NCBI GenBank assembly: GCA_963706575.1
Contig: CAVPNL010000006.1
Location: 704,001 to 768,000, forward strand
Direction: 5' to 3'
DNA length: 64,000 nucleotides
Origin: an uncultured delta proteobacterium
GTDB lineage: Bacteria; Desulfobacterota; Desulfobacteria; Desulfobacterales; JAHEIW01
Shown: piece after piece, positions 8,291 through 18,671 of the stretch
Position numbering within the stretch: the first letter of the stretch is position 1
Layout: every line of letters begins with the position of its first letter
The notes under the pieces: model-generated
Told to the model about the DNA's origin: nothing
Databases searched by the model: none
Seen by the model: only the letters and a program-made list of their open reading frames with translations
Made by a program: the position numbers and the translations under genes

Positions 8291-9103
8291 TCAACTTTCC
8301 TTTTGCCGATGATTCCAACATTTTTCCATAAATTTTAATGATGCGTCTAAATGCGCATAAGAGAATACTTCCAGTGAAACAATTCCATTAAATTTTTCCA
8401 ATAATCTCGTTGTGGGAATAATTAATTTTTCGGGGAGCTGATCCAGCGCGCCGTGAAAGTGGTTTTCTGCAACACCGTAAAGATGGATGATAGCGGTTTT
8501 CCCTGAATAGGTGTCGAAAAATTTTTCAATATCATCTCCGTGAAGGATAAGATGCCCGCAATCAAAGCAGATGCTAAGATCCAGCTCAGAGATGATCGGA
8601 ACCAGGATCTCGAAGGGATAATCCAGGTTTTCAATGGAAATAAGGTGACCCGGTGTCCCGTTGTCCAGTATTTTGGCTATATTTTTGATCACCCGATCCT
8701 GCCAGCTTTTAACGTCATCTTCATCATGTGAAGTTTCATTATATGGAACGTGCAGCGTTAGCGTCGTGGGACTCAGGGGTGCCACCCGTTCACCCACCCT
8801 GCTAATCGTTTCGACTGCAATACTTTGCTGCTCTGGATCCCGGCTGCTGATGGATATATCGGTGGGCAGGTGAACATTGTAGGTCAGATTGAAAATTTTT
8901 GCCAGGCCGGCCAGCTCCCCGATGACTTGTTTTGACGGTAGCGCATCGGTCTTATTGCTTTCAAACAACAACAGCTCAATGTTTTCCAGATAGGGCCCCA
9001 GCATTTTTACGTTGGGCACATAATCATCCGGATAGATAAACGAGGTCGTTCCGATATTAAACGGAAATACGCCTTTGTAAGATTTGCTTAATAAAGGATA
9101 CAT
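8291..9103 (-). CDS. cbiR: Cobamide-remodelling phosphodiesterase CbiR-like (TIM barrel)
   Basis: GTTSFIYP, ELLLFES, VHLPTD, IENL, CFDCGH and LEVFS motifs. Adjacent to cobS. Confidence 0.7.
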   Translation of the reverse strand: MYPLLSKSYKGVFPFNIGTTSFIYPDDYVPNVKMLGPYLENIELLLFESNKTDALPSKQVIGELAGLAKIFNLTYNVHLPTDISISSRDPEQQSIAVETISRVGERVAPLSPTTLTLHVPYNETSHDEDDVKSWQDRVIKNIAKILDNGTPGHLISIENLDYPFEILVPIISELDLSICFDCGHLILHGDDIEKFFDTYSGKTAIIHLYGVAENHFHGALDQLPEKLIIPTTRLLEKFNGIVSLEVFSYAHLDASLKFMEKCWNHRQKES

Positions 9104-9107
9104 ACAA

Positions 9108-9833
9108 TCACAAAGCGTCTGCTAACGAAATCATTAAAAATAGCCCTGCTTCCGTAATTTCAACCAATGCTCCCAGCATGTCCCCGGTAATACATCCCAT
9201 CCGCTTTTTATAAAATAGAAGAATCATGGCTATGATGATTACAAAGGCCAGGTTCAGCCATATGGCTTTGAGGCCTAAAATCAAAGAAAGGCCGATCGGG
9301 AAAATGAGCCCCCAGAAATGCCTCAATGATATTTTATCGCTGAAAAATGGCTTGCCGGTGCCGTCGGGGCGGCCGTATGGCAAATACCGCATGCCAAACA
9401 GGATTGCGGTCCGGGCATAGGTGGGGATGATGATCAATAGGATACTGCGATGCGCGTCCAGATTTGCAATACCACCCCATTTTAAAGCCAGGCCAAACAA
9501 AATCGCAACCAGGCCCATGGTTCCGAGCCGGCTGTCTTTCATGATTTCGAGCGCTTTATCCCGGGACCGTGGTCCCAACAGGCCGTCGGCCGTATCGCCC
9601 AATCCGTCCAGGTGAAATGCTGCGGTTAAAACCGCAAGCAAAATAACATCCAGCAGGGCGGCCACCGGCGGTGTCCACAACCGTATGACAACCGAATCGA
9701 AAAGCGCCACCATCAATCCCAACAGAATGCCCACCAGCGGGAAATAGGGGACCATCTTCGGCGGATCAAACGATTTCGCCTTTCCCAGCGGGAGGATGGT
9801 GATGAATTGCAGGGCTGATATCAGGTTCTTCAT
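9108..9833 (-). CDS. cobS: Adenosylcobinamide-GDP ribazoletransferase
   Basis: HLDGLGDTADG, IMKDSRLG and GCITGDMLGA; polytopic membrane protein. Confidence 0.95.
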   Translation of the reverse strand: MKNLISALQFITILPLGKAKSFDPPKMVPYFPLVGILLGLMVALFDSVVIRLWTPPVAALLDVILLAVLTAAFHLDGLGDTADGLLGPRSRDKALEIMKDSRLGTMGLVAILFGLALKWGGIANLDAHRSILLIIIPTYARTAILFGMRYLPYGRPDGTGKPFFSDKISLRHFWGLIFPIGLSLILGLKAIWLNLAFVIIIAMILLFYKKRMGCITGDMLGALVEITEAGLFLMISLADAL

Positions 9834-9898
9834 TATTTCTTATTTAAATCTTTCAATTGCAGTCATATTTGGGTCATAGGAGTAATGGAAAACTTAAA

Positions 9899-9988
9899 AT
9901 TTCGGAATGCAGATTTCGGATTTCGGATTTTGAATATGCGACATGTTTGATACTTCAATCTGCAATCCGCAATCTAAAATCTGCAATT
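9899..9988. repeat. Inverted 7-mer cassette, family B (GATTTCG / AATCCGC arms)
   Basis: ATTTCGGAATGCAGATTTCGGATTTCGGATTTTG - spacer - CAATCTGCAATCCGCAATCTAAAATCTGCAATT. Confidence 0.8.
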
Positions 9989-10053
9989 ATTTTTGCTTCA
10001 TTAATCCACACTCCAATTTTCTTTACTCGTATTAAATTAATCTGTAGCCTAAA

Positions 10054-10578
10054 TTACGACTTGACCGTTACCGGAATTCCGGCGACCATCCAAACTACCT
10101 TATTCGCGCATTTGGCAACCGCTTGATTCACCCAACCCGTGATGTCTCTAAACTGTCTGGCCAGCTGGTTTTCCGGAACGATGCCGGTTCCGACCTCATT
10201 GGAGACGAGAACAATGGGGCCCGCGGCTTTTTCAAGGGCTTTTATTAATTGGGAAGTCGTATCCGCTATTTTTTTTTCATCGCCGGCTTCCATCAAAAGA
10301 TTACTTACCCACAGGGTGAGGCAGTCTACCAGTATAACATTTCCCCTGCGGCTGTTTTGAAGAATGGCCTCCGGCAAGTCCAGCGGCGCTTCAAGCGTTA
10401 CCCAGTTTTGACTGCGCTCTTTTTGATGTCTTGCAACCCGCCGCTTCATTTCATCATCCTGTGGCACACAGGTTGCGATGAAAATCTTTTGTTCTGCAGG
10501 CACTTTTTCAGCGGTTTGCATCGCGTATGTGCTTTTACCGCTCCTGCAGCCGCCGATAATAAAACTGATTTTGTTCAC
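10054..10578 (-). CDS. cobU: Adenosylcobinamide kinase / guanylyltransferase
   Basis: GGCRSGKS, DDEMKRRVARHQ, VDCLTLW and VSNEVG. Confidence 0.95.
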   Translation of the reverse strand: MNKISFIIGGCRSGKSTYAMQTAEKVPAEQKIFIATCVPQDDEMKRRVARHQKERSQNWVTLEAPLDLPEAILQNSRRGNVILVDCLTLWVSNLLMEAGDEKKIADTTSQLIKALEKAAGPIVLVSNEVGTGIVPENQLARQFRDITGWVNQAVAKCANKVVWMVAGIPVTVKS

Positions 10579-10656
10579 CGTTCAATTCCTATTCAGATTT
10601 TCATTTTTTTTAAGCGCTTAGTAACTAAAAAGCAGATGGAGTCGTGGAACAAAATC

Positions 10657-10746
10657 AATTGCGGATTTTAGATTGCGGATTGCAGATTGAAATATCAAGC
10701 GCGTCGCGAATTAAAAATCCGAAATCCGCAATCTGCATTCCGAAAT
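10657..10746. repeat. Inverted 7-mer cassette, family B (reverse orientation to 9899-9988)
   Basis: Near-exact reverse complement of 9899-9988, including the spacer. Confidence 0.8.
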
Positions 10747-10795
10747 CTTATTTGCTCCAACACACCGGCTATTTGCTTGAATAGAATAAAAACGA

Positions 10796-12316
10796 CTACC
10801 GCTGTCTGCTAAGAGCTGCCAATTTGACGATCCTTTCCACATCCACATGTTTTTCGAAATGCTCGGCCAGCAGGTCATATTGGCCGTTGCGGGCTTCGAT
10901 TCCGCCGACAGCGGACACATCGACATCGGGTAAACCGATATGGTTTAACCAGCATTTCAAGATCTCCGGGTTATCAAACAGACCATGAATATAGGTGCCC
11001 ATGATTTTCGCAGCAGTGGATATGCAACCCTCTTCGTCCCGGCACGGTTTATGGTTGCGCTCCGTAATCTTAAACAGGGGGGCTCCGCCCATTCTGGTGG
11101 TTTGCCCCATGTGAATTTCGTAACCTGCACCCATGTGGCCGTTCCAAAAAAACGTTGTCAGGGTGGTGGTTTTGGGCGCTTTCAATACGGTTTCAATTGG
11201 CAGCAAACCCAGCCCTTCGCTGGAGCCGGGCGGGCCTTCCAGGCCGGTCGAATCATGCACGGCCTTGCCCATCATTTGATATCCGCCGCAAATACCCAAC
11301 ACATGACCGCTGGAATTCAAATATTCGGACAGCGCTTTGGACCAGCCTGACGTTTGAATCCAGTTTAGATCAAAGCGGGTGTTTTTCGAACCGGGCAGGA
11401 TAACGGCTTTAAAAGCCGCGAGGGATTGAGCTTTTTCCAAAAAATACACATCCAGATTATGAATCGTCAGCAGCGGACCAAAATCCGTAAAGTTTGAAAT
11501 ATGCGGCAGGCGGATGACGGCAACCGCCGGGTATCGGCTGTTTTTAACGGCGACTTTTTGGGGGCTTTCAATGACGACTGAATCTTCGGGTTCAATCTGG
11601 ATATGATTATACCAGGGAAGGACGCCCAAAACCGGTTTTTCGGTTTTTTCCTCGATCCAGCGGACACCCTCTTTAAAAAGATGGAGATCACCCCTGAAAC
11701 GATTGATGATAAATCCCTCAATTTGAGCACGCTGTTCAGGCTCAAGACATTCAAGGGTGCCGATGATCTGGGCAAACACACCGCCACGATCAATATCGGC
11801 CACCAGCAGAATCGGCGCATTCGCATAGGCAGCCATCCGGAAATTAACGATATCGCGGGTCATCAGATTAACTTCGGCACAGGAGCCGGCACCCTCCAGT
11901 ATAATCAACTCATATTCCTGACGTAACCGATCCAGTGCGCCGCAGGCTTCTTTAAAAAGCCGCTGATTGTCACCGTGAACAGCCCCCGTCTTGCCGGTTT
12001 CAATTGCCGATCCCAGCAACACGACCTGGGATCCGATTTCAGCTGTGGGTTTTAGCAGGACCGGATTCATGTCCACATGGGGAGGAATACCGGCTGCTTC
12101 AGCCTGAACGATTTGGGCCCGGCCCATTTCAAGCCCTTCGGGTGTGACCCCCGAGTTGTTGGACATATTTTGCGCTTTAAAAGGTGCAACCCGGATACCT
12201 CGGTTTGAAAATATACGACACAGCGCTGTTGTAATGACACTTTTGCCGACCTCAGAACCGGTTCCGAGGACAGCGATGCAGGGTGTTTTTGTCCGATGTT
12301 TATTTTTTGATGCCAA
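10796..12316 (-). CDS. cobQ: Cobyric acid synthase
   Basis: GTGSEVGKS, PFKAQNMSNNS, EGAGS, DIDRGGVFA, GICGGYQM and GTYIHG. Confidence 0.95.
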   Translation of the reverse strand: MASKNKHRTKTPCIAVLGTGSEVGKSVITTALCRIFSNRGIRVAPFKAQNMSNNSGVTPEGLEMGRAQIVQAEAAGIPPHVDMNPVLLKPTAEIGSQVVLLGSAIETGKTGAVHGDNQRLFKEACGALDRLRQEYELIILEGAGSCAEVNLMTRDIVNFRMAAYANAPILLVADIDRGGVFAQIIGTLECLEPEQRAQIEGFIINRFRGDLHLFKEGVRWIEEKTEKPVLGVLPWYNHIQIEPEDSVVIESPQKVAVKNSRYPAVAVIRLPHISNFTDFGPLLTIHNLDVYFLEKAQSLAAFKAVILPGSKNTRFDLNWIQTSGWSKALSEYLNSSGHVLGICGGYQMMGKAVHDSTGLEGPPGSSEGLGLLPIETVLKAPKTTTLTTFFWNGHMGAGYEIHMGQTTRMGGAPLFKITERNHKPCRDEEGCISTAAKIMGTYIHGLFDNPEILKCWLNHIGLPDVDVSAVGGIEARNGQYDLLAEHFEKHVDVERIVKLAALSRQR

Positions 12317-12415
12317 AAGCTGCTTGAACTCCGTTAAAATACGGTTTCGGTAATAAGGACCTTTATTCGCCTTCGCCTGAATACCCTGTCCGCTTCAACC
12401 GGACTGCGGGGAATT

Positions 12416-13303
12416 TCATTTTAAGTCAAACCGGACGGGTATTTTGACCCACATTTTTTTCTTTATGCCGCCTTCGGTTCCCGGCTCGAACAGCCATTTT
12501 CTTACGGCTGACGACGCCGCACGGTCTAAAATTGTGTGCCCGCTGGATTGGAGCACTGTTAAATCATCCACCCGGCCGTTCTCATCGATCAACACCTTCA
12601 ACATAACAATGCCTTCATATCCCAACCGGCGGGCCTTTCGCGGATATGGGGGCGACGTATTTTGCTTGTAGAGGGGCCGGGCAAGTTTGAGGATTGATCC
12701 GGACAGGGTATCGTCGCTTTGGGTGCCGGGCAGCATCGCCGCGGTGGTTGTCGGTTCTGAGGATCTGTCCGGCACGCGCTGGGTTTTTCTTATGGAGGTT
12801 GTATCCGCAGGAAGCGTTTTGCGGACCGGTTTTTTGTCGGAACTTGCTGCCGTGAAAATTTTTGTTTCAGCTTTGAGGGCAACATGAGGTTCGGTACGCG
12901 CCGTCGCCGGTCTAGCGTCGATTGTTTTTATGCGCTGTTTTTTAAATGTCAGCGCTTTCATATTTTTCTTGAGCCGAGCCTTTTTGACAATATTTTTTGG
13001 CGGTGTGGCCGGCAGCGGTTTTTGGAGTTGCGCGGTGTGCTCGACCCGCGCGGGTGTCGGTATGGCGTCGGGATTTTCGCTGGGTTTCTGAGTAAAACTG
13101 GGGTCGCGCTGCCTTTGAGGGACCTTGTTGGAGACCGTGGCTTGCGCCTTGCGCTTTTGGGACGTGTCGGCTGACAGGGTAATCGACAGGGATTTTGCCG
13201 CCGGGGTCAGACCGGGAGTAAGCTGCAACCAGCTAAAGTCGGTGCTCAAGATAATGGCATGAAATGCAAGTGCCAATATGACATAGGGCAACAGACGTTT
13301 CAC
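12416..13303 (-). CDS. tonB: Energy transducer TonB
   Basis: N-terminal TM helix with His, Pro/Lys-rich linker, and C-terminal PYPRKARRLGYEG...SSG...W.F.P. Confidence 0.9.
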   Translation of the reverse strand: MKRLLPYVILALAFHAIILSTDFSWLQLTPGLTPAAKSLSITLSADTSQKRKAQATVSNKVPQRQRDPSFTQKPSENPDAIPTPARVEHTAQLQKPLPATPPKNIVKKARLKKNMKALTFKKQRIKTIDARPATARTEPHVALKAETKIFTAASSDKKPVRKTLPADTTSIRKTQRVPDRSSEPTTTAAMLPGTQSDDTLSGSILKLARPLYKQNTSPPYPRKARRLGYEGIVMLKVLIDENGRVDDLTVLQSSGHTILDRAASSAVRKWLFEPGTEGGIKKKMWVKIPVRFDLK

Positions 13304-13305
13304 AT

Positions 13306-13710
13306 CTATTCCTCAAAGTCAGCCTGCAGGGATATGCGACTCAATCCTGCCTGGCGAATTTTATCGAGAATATTATATATCATCTGGTACGGCAACGCGC
13401 GGTCGGCAAAAACCAGCACCCCGGGTTCCCGGATGCCGCCGGCTTTGCTTTGCAGGACCTGAGTTAGATCCGCAAGGGCAACGGGCTCTTTGTCCACATA
13501 AATCGCTTGGTCCGCTTTTACGGTGACCGACAGGATCAATTTTTTATCGATTTCTGCTGTGGTGGAGAGCGGCAGCTCGACCGGCAGTCCGCGGTGAACC
13601 GCCATGGACAGCATAGCGTAAATAAAAAATACCAGCAGCAGAAAGACAATGTCAATCAAAGGAAGCATTTCGATTCGTGCTTTTTTAGATGCGGGCAGAT
13701 GGATTTTCAT
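13306..13710 (-). CDS. exbD: Biopolymer transport protein ExbD
   Basis: PLIDIVFLLLVFF and FADR motifs. Confidence 0.9.
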   Translation of the reverse strand: MKIHLPASKKARIEMLPLIDIVFLLLVFFIYAMLSMAVHRGLPVELPLSTTAEIDKKLILSVTVKADQAIYVDKEPVALADLTQVLQSKAGGIREPGVLVFADRALPYQMIYNILDKIRQAGLSRISLQADFEE

Positions 13711-14342
13711 GTTCCGGCTCCGCTTAATTTTTTGCCGCCGGGCTGGGTGAGCTTTTCGAATACGATTTCCAGGCTGGTGGCGTATTTTTCGATGAGCACG
13801 GCCGCATTTTCGACGCGCGAATTAAAATAGTTATAGGGGAAAACCGATAAAATGGCGATTCCAAGACCGGCCGCGGTTGTTATCAGCGCCTGTGCGATTC
13901 CGCTGGTCACCTCCTGAGGATGCTCGATGCCCGCTGCACCTAAAACTTCAAAGGATGAAATGATGCCGAGAACGGTTCCAAAAATTCCCAGCAGCGGGGC
14001 GACCGTGATCATGGTGTCTAAAACGCCCATAAACCGCCGCATATGTTTGATCTCATCTGCTGCCGCCGCTTCCATGGCCTTTATCATGGAAAATTCCTTG
14101 TGCAGAATGCCGCTGACCAGAATTTTGATAATATAATCTTTTGTATTCGCTGTTTTGTTCTTGATTGATTCCCAGTCTCCCTGACGCGCGAGTTCCAGGA
14201 TCTCATCAACAAGTGACGGTTGGCTTTTGATTGCAAGCCTCAACCAGAAAATAGCCCGTTCGATGACCACACTCAACGCAATAATCGAACAGGCCAGCAA
14301 GGGGTACATGACGGGACCCCCTTTGTCAAAAATATGCCACAT
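13707..14342 (-). CDS. exbB: MotA/TolQ/ExbB proton channel protein
   Basis: APLLGIFGTVLG and GIAQALITTAAGL. Confidence 0.9.
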   Translation of the reverse strand: MWHIFDKGGPVMYPLLACSIIALSVVIERAIFWLRLAIKSQPSLVDEILELARQGDWESIKNKTANTKDYIIKILVSGILHKEFSMIKAMEAAAADEIKHMRRFMGVLDTMITVAPLLGIFGTVLGIISSFEVLGAAGIEHPQEVTSGIAQALITTAAGLGIAILSVFPYNYFNSRVENAAVLIEKYATSLEIVFEKLTQPGGKKLSGAGT

Positions 14343-14400
14343 CGTTCCTACTCCTTGTTTCGTTTGGTTTCAAACAGGGTAGCCTCCCCCATAGTTGAAT

Positions 14401-16401
14401 TTACATTTTAAATGCCAGCCCGATTTGAAAACTTGGATCCGGCGGGCTGAAACCGAATGTTTCCTCATAGTGCTCGTCAAAAAGGTTTTCAACCTTTCCG
14501 AAAATTTTAAAATCCTGAATATACCGGTGATCCAGATTAAACGTATATGAGGTCGCCAGATTGACAATAAAATATTCATCCAGGGTTACCCGGTTCGCCG
14601 GAAAGGTCCGAAAATCGAGATCATCACGCTCATCCACATAAAGGCCGTCGAACCGAATCTGAAATCCCTTCCGGGCCCAATTGATAAAACCGGAAGCCGT
14701 ATGATTCGGCCGGCGCAAAAGATCTTTGCCTTCCTCAAAAGGCGAACTCGGCCCCCCGATGCCACCGTCATCGGTGACCTCGGTATTCAGATAGGTGTAA
14801 TTGCCGCCAACGGTAAAGCCATAGCCGGGCTTGCATAACGCCATCAGCTCGATACCCTTGCTTTCTGCTCCTTGAATGTTTTCAAAATCCGGCTGCGGAT
14901 CCGGCCGGTTAATATATGAAATTAAATCATCAAATTCTTGATAAAAGTAAGTGGCACCCAAAACGAGCTTATTTTTCCATAGCGCCTGATCGACCCCCAC
15001 TTCCCACGAATACGATTTTTCCGGGTCCAGGTCCGGGTTGCCGGTGGCAAATCCCTGGGAGAACTGTTCGGTAAAGGTCGGCGCCTTAAAACCTTTTCCA
15101 GCCGCGCCACGAAGTGTTGTGCCCGTTTTGGTTAAATCGTATGCAACCGAACCGCGCGGAACAAATTCATTGCCGAACTCGCTATTGTCTTCATAACGTG
15201 CCCCGGCAGTCAAATGCAAACGGTTAAAAAAAGACAATTGTTCCTGGGCATACCATCCCCGGTTGTCCCGACCCTTGCTCAAACTGTCTTTTGTTTCAAC
15301 TCCCAGGAAGATCGATCGGGTTTGTTGATCATAATCTTCATCCAGATATTCGAATCCGGCCGTAAATGTCGAACGAATCGTTTCCGTTGACGGATATCGA
15401 ATATTAAAATGATAATCAATCGAGTAACGAGACTCATTGGTTTCCGAGAAAAAAGCGCCAAAGTCCGCCACCGGATCTTCCGGGTCATTATAATCTTGTT
15501 CATTCTTATGATAGCCAAACAGCACCGCATGCTCCAGCCATGACAGCATCCGGTATTGAGCGTTTATGCCGCCCACCCAATCATCGTTTTTCAGATCCTG
15601 ATTGGGGTCCAGAGGGGAATATTTGTCACCGGCATCGCCGGTCGGGAACTTAAGTTTTGAATCTTCGTAACGCCCGGTGAAAGTCAGATCCAGATTACCC
15701 AGGGGATACATATCCATGCGGCCACTGAGGGTATTGTTCCAGTAATCCTGGTTGATATCCAGGTAGCCGTTATCATCGACCCGGGCATATGCCAGACTGG
15801 CGCCGATCGATTCATTTCCCCCCGTAAAGCCGATACTCTGCTCACCGACGTAATTCTTATCCCCCTTTAAATAGGTTCCATTTGAAGTCGAGGCTCGCAG
15901 CGACGGCTTGCCCTCCCCCGGTTTGGTAATAAAATTGATCACCCCGCCGATGGCATCCGATCCGTACAAAGCACTCTGGGGTCCGCGCACAATTTCAACC
16001 CGTTCAAAATTTTCGGTCAGCAAAGAGCCGAAGTCAAAGCCGCCGCCCCCGAGGTTGACACTGACACCGTCGATCAAAACTTTTGTAAAGTTATCTTCGC
16101 CACCACGCGGATAAAGTGCCGTTACGCCGCCCCGGCCGCCGCTGCGCGAAATATTAAACCCGGGAACCGTTCGTAAAACATCCAGCACATCGGCCGCTTG
16201 ACGTTCTTTAATTTCTTCTTCGGTAACCACCGTTGTTGAAACCCCCAATTCTCTCACCGGGGTTTCGGTTCGTGTGGCCGTCACCAGGGTTTCATCCATT
16301 ATGGGGACCGAATCTTCCTTTTCAGAATCTGCTAAAGCCGGGTTAGCTGCGATCACCCAAAGTAAAAAGCCGATCAGAATGCTCCAGACGTGTTGTTTCA
16401 T
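14401..16401 (-). CDS. btuB: TonB-dependent corrinoid receptor
   Basis: Signal peptide, TonB box ETLVTATR, and ERVEIVRGPQSALYGSDAIGGVINFIT. Lies directly downstream of a cobalamin riboswitch. Confidence 0.88.
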   Translation of the reverse strand: MKQHVWSILIGFLLWVIAANPALADSEKEDSVPIMDETLVTATRTETPVRELGVSTTVVTEEEIKERQAADVLDVLRTVPGFNISRSGGRGGVTALYPRGGEDNFTKVLIDGVSVNLGGGGFDFGSLLTENFERVEIVRGPQSALYGSDAIGGVINFITKPGEGKPSLRASTSNGTYLKGDKNYVGEQSIGFTGGNESIGASLAYARVDDNGYLDINQDYWNNTLSGRMDMYPLGNLDLTFTGRYEDSKLKFPTGDAGDKYSPLDPNQDLKNDDWVGGINAQYRMLSWLEHAVLFGYHKNEQDYNDPEDPVADFGAFFSETNESRYSIDYHFNIRYPSTETIRSTFTAGFEYLDEDYDQQTRSIFLGVETKDSLSKGRDNRGWYAQEQLSFFNRLHLTAGARYEDNSEFGNEFVPRGSVAYDLTKTGTTLRGAAGKGFKAPTFTEQFSQGFATGNPDLDPEKSYSWEVGVDQALWKNKLVLGATYFYQEFDDLISYINRPDPQPDFENIQGAESKGIELMALCKPGYGFTVGGNYTYLNTEVTDDGGIGGPSSPFEEGKDLLRRPNHTASGFINWARKGFQIRFDGLYVDERDDLDFRTFPANRVTLDEYFIVNLATSYTFNLDHRYIQDFKIFGKVENLFDEHYEETFGFSPPDPSFQIGLAFKM

Positions 16402-16453
16402 TGTTTTTCCTCCTCATAGCCTAAAGATTAATTTGTCGGTGACCGCTGTAAAT

Positions 16454-16488
16454 AAAAAAGCCCTTCAAGCGATAATGCTTGAAGGGCT
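16454..16488 (-). terminator. Intrinsic terminator in the btuB riboswitch expression platform
   Basis: Minus strand AGCCCTTCAAGC-attatc-GCTTGAAGGGCT followed by a T-run. Confidence 0.75.
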
Positions 16489-16560
16489 GCACCCAGTTTT
16501 CTTAACCCTTTTTATATGATGCTCTGTCTCTGTCGTCCGCAGAGCTCCGGCAATTTGCAA

Positions 16561-16720
16561 GGCAGGTCTTCTGGCTTTCGGATCCGTCTACTAACTGCGC
16601 CTTCCCACCTGGCTTTAACCAGACAGTGGCATGGTGCAGCATTCGTCCCCGATTACAGCGGCGGGACCACTCCCGATTTTAACGGGATTCCCTTTTAAGC
16701 CCAACAGGCACCTTGATTGC
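16561..16720 (-). ncRNA. Cobalamin riboswitch upstream of btuB
   Basis: Minus strand AGGTG...AAAAGGGAA...CCCGCCGCTGTAA...GCCACTG...GGGAAGG...AGCCAGAAGACCTGCC (B12 box). Confidence 0.93.
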
Positions 16721-16761
16721 CTAATATGTAAACTTAAAATGTTTGTCAAGGACAAACATTC

Positions 16762-16866
16762 AGTGTTTAGTATTTGGTGTTTAGTGTTTAGTAGAACGGC
16801 TATGACGTTATTTCAATTTGTCAGCATCCTAAACACCAAACACCAAACACTAAACACCAAACACTA
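16762..16866. repeat. Inverted 7-mer cassette, family A (TGTTTAG / CTAAACA arms), no cargo gene
   Basis: (GTGTTTA)n - 35-nt spacer - (CAAACAC)n. Its right end includes the btuD stop codon. Confidence 0.85.
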
Positions 16867-17664
16867 TTTACTATTTAAAAATTTCTGCGGCACCACCGTA
16901 ACGCGCGGTAAATCCCCCAGCGGACTTGCGTCGACCAGCAACTTGCAGCCATAGGTTTCTTCCAGGGTTTTGAAATTCAAAACCTCATTGGGCGAGCCCA
17001 TACATACGATTTCACCGGCTTTGAGCAATAGCAACTGATCACCATACATGGCCGCCAGGTTTACATCATGTGAGACCATGACGACGGTCACCCCTCTTTC
17101 AGCCTTAAGTTTCTCCATCAGATCCATTATTCGTATCTGATGGGATAAATCCAGAGAGGCGGTGGGCTCATCCAGCAGTATCACCTGCGGCTGCTGGCAG
17201 AGCGCCCGGGCAATTAATACACGCTGCTGCTCTCCGCCGCTGAGCTGATCCAGTTTGCGCCGGGCTAGATGGGCGACTTCGGTAAACGCCATGGCCTGCT
17301 GCGCAATATCCAAATCGTCTTGCGAGGCAAGACCCAGCACTTTTTGATGGGGGGCGCGCCCCAGCAAAACCGTCTCTTCTACCGTAAACGGAAAGCCGAC
17401 CGGTAATCCCTGGGGCACATAGGCCAACGCTTTTGCCAATTTTTTCTGCGAGTATTTGCCAATCGGTGCCTGCAATATTTCAATTTGACCCGTCTGGATC
17501 TTTAATATACCGACCATTAACTTGATCAAGGTAGTTTTTCCGGCTCCATTCGGCCCGATAATGATAAACACATCACTTTGCGGAACTGAAAAGGACAGAT
17601 CCTTTAAGACAGATTGAGTGCCGAAGGCGTAGCTTAAATTTTCAACAGCAAAAGCAGGTTTCAT
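16864..17664 (-). CDS. btuD: Corrinoid ABC transporter ATPase (BtuD/FepC-like)
   Basis: GPNGAGKT, LSGGEQQR and LLDEPT. Confidence 0.85.
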   Translation of the reverse strand: MKPAFAVENLSYAFGTQSVLKDLSFSVPQSDVFIIIGPNGAGKTTLIKLMVGILKIQTGQIEILQAPIGKYSQKKLAKALAYVPQGLPVGFPFTVEETVLLGRAPHQKVLGLASQDDLDIAQQAMAFTEVAHLARRKLDQLSGGEQQRVLIARALCQQPQVILLDEPTASLDLSHQIRIMDLMEKLKAERGVTVVMVSHDVNLAAMYGDQLLLLKAGEIVCMGSPNEVLNFKTLEETYGCKLLVDASPLGDLPRVTVVPQKFLNSK

Positions 17665-18671
17665 TTTCGCGACTTTTTTAAAAGAATGATAAAAAGCGGC
17701 GCACCGATCAGGGCCGTGACCACGCCGGCAGGCATCTCTCCCTGCTGCGGCAGCGTTCTTGCTAAAAGATCACAAAGCACCAGGTAGGCAGCCCCGCCAA
17801 AAAGACACGCCGGTACCAAAGACCGATGATCCGGGCCCAAAACGAGCCGTAATAGATGGGGGATGACCAGACCGACAAATCCTACCAGACCACTGAAACT
17901 GACCGTTGCGCTGACCATAAATGAGGTGACAATCAGCAGGGTAAGGGTCACCGCCTTAATGTTGATTCCCATGGTTCGTGCCATATCTTTGCCCATCATG
18001 AGTAAGTTCATTGCATGGGAAAACACAAAAACCATAATAAAACAGGGCATAAGGATTGAACCGAGTATGACAACCTGCGGCAGGTCGGCCGCTGATAAAT
18101 CCCCCATTAGCCAAAAAATGATGTTATGGAGTCGGGCGTCCTGGGTGATTGAAACCAGGAACATGATAATGGCCGAACAAAAGGCATTGACCATTACCCC
18201 GGACAGCAGCAGGGCATCCTTTCTTAATATTGATTTGCCGGTCGACATGACCAGTATCAGCGCCAGGGTACCCAGGCTCCCCAGAAAAGATGTGAAGCAA
18301 ATTCCCGGAAATCGGGATAATCCCAATAATATTCCGATAATGGCGCCGATGGCCGAGCCCCCGGAAATCCCCAGTATGAAAGGCTCGGCCAGGGGATTTC
18401 GCAGCAGCGCCTGAAATACGAGCCCCCCCAGAGATAGGGTGGCGCCGACAATCGCTGCCAAAAGCACCCGGGGAAAGCGGATGCGCCAGACGATGCTATA
18501 TAATATGGAATCAGATTCAGCGGTTGTAAAAAGGGCCGAAAAGGCGGATCGAATTCCGCTTTGGGTGGGACCAATGGAAAGTCCCAGTGCAAATGCGATG
18601 AACAGGACCACCAGCAAAATAATTGAAATCCAGATGAGTCGGGTGATATGATGCTGCGAATTTAGCGTCAC
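17661..18671 (-). CDS. btuC: Corrinoid ABC transporter permease (FecCD/BtuC)
   Basis: IRFPR, QALLRNPLAEP and GFVGLVIPH. Confidence 0.85.
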   Translation of the reverse strand: MTLNSQHHITRLIWISIILLVVLFIAFALGLSIGPTQSGIRSAFSALFTTAESDSILYSIVWRIRFPRVLLAAIVGATLSLGGLVFQALLRNPLAEPFILGISGGSAIGAIIGILLGLSRFPGICFTSFLGSLGTLALILVMSTGKSILRKDALLLSGVMVNAFCSAIIMFLVSITQDARLHNIIFWLMGDLSAADLPQVVILGSILMPCFIMVFVFSHAMNLLMMGKDMARTMGINIKAVTLTLLIVTSFMVSATVSFSGLVGFVGLVIPHLLRLVLGPDHRSLVPACLFGGAAYLVLCDLLARTLPQQGEMPAGVVTALIGAPLFIILLKKSRK

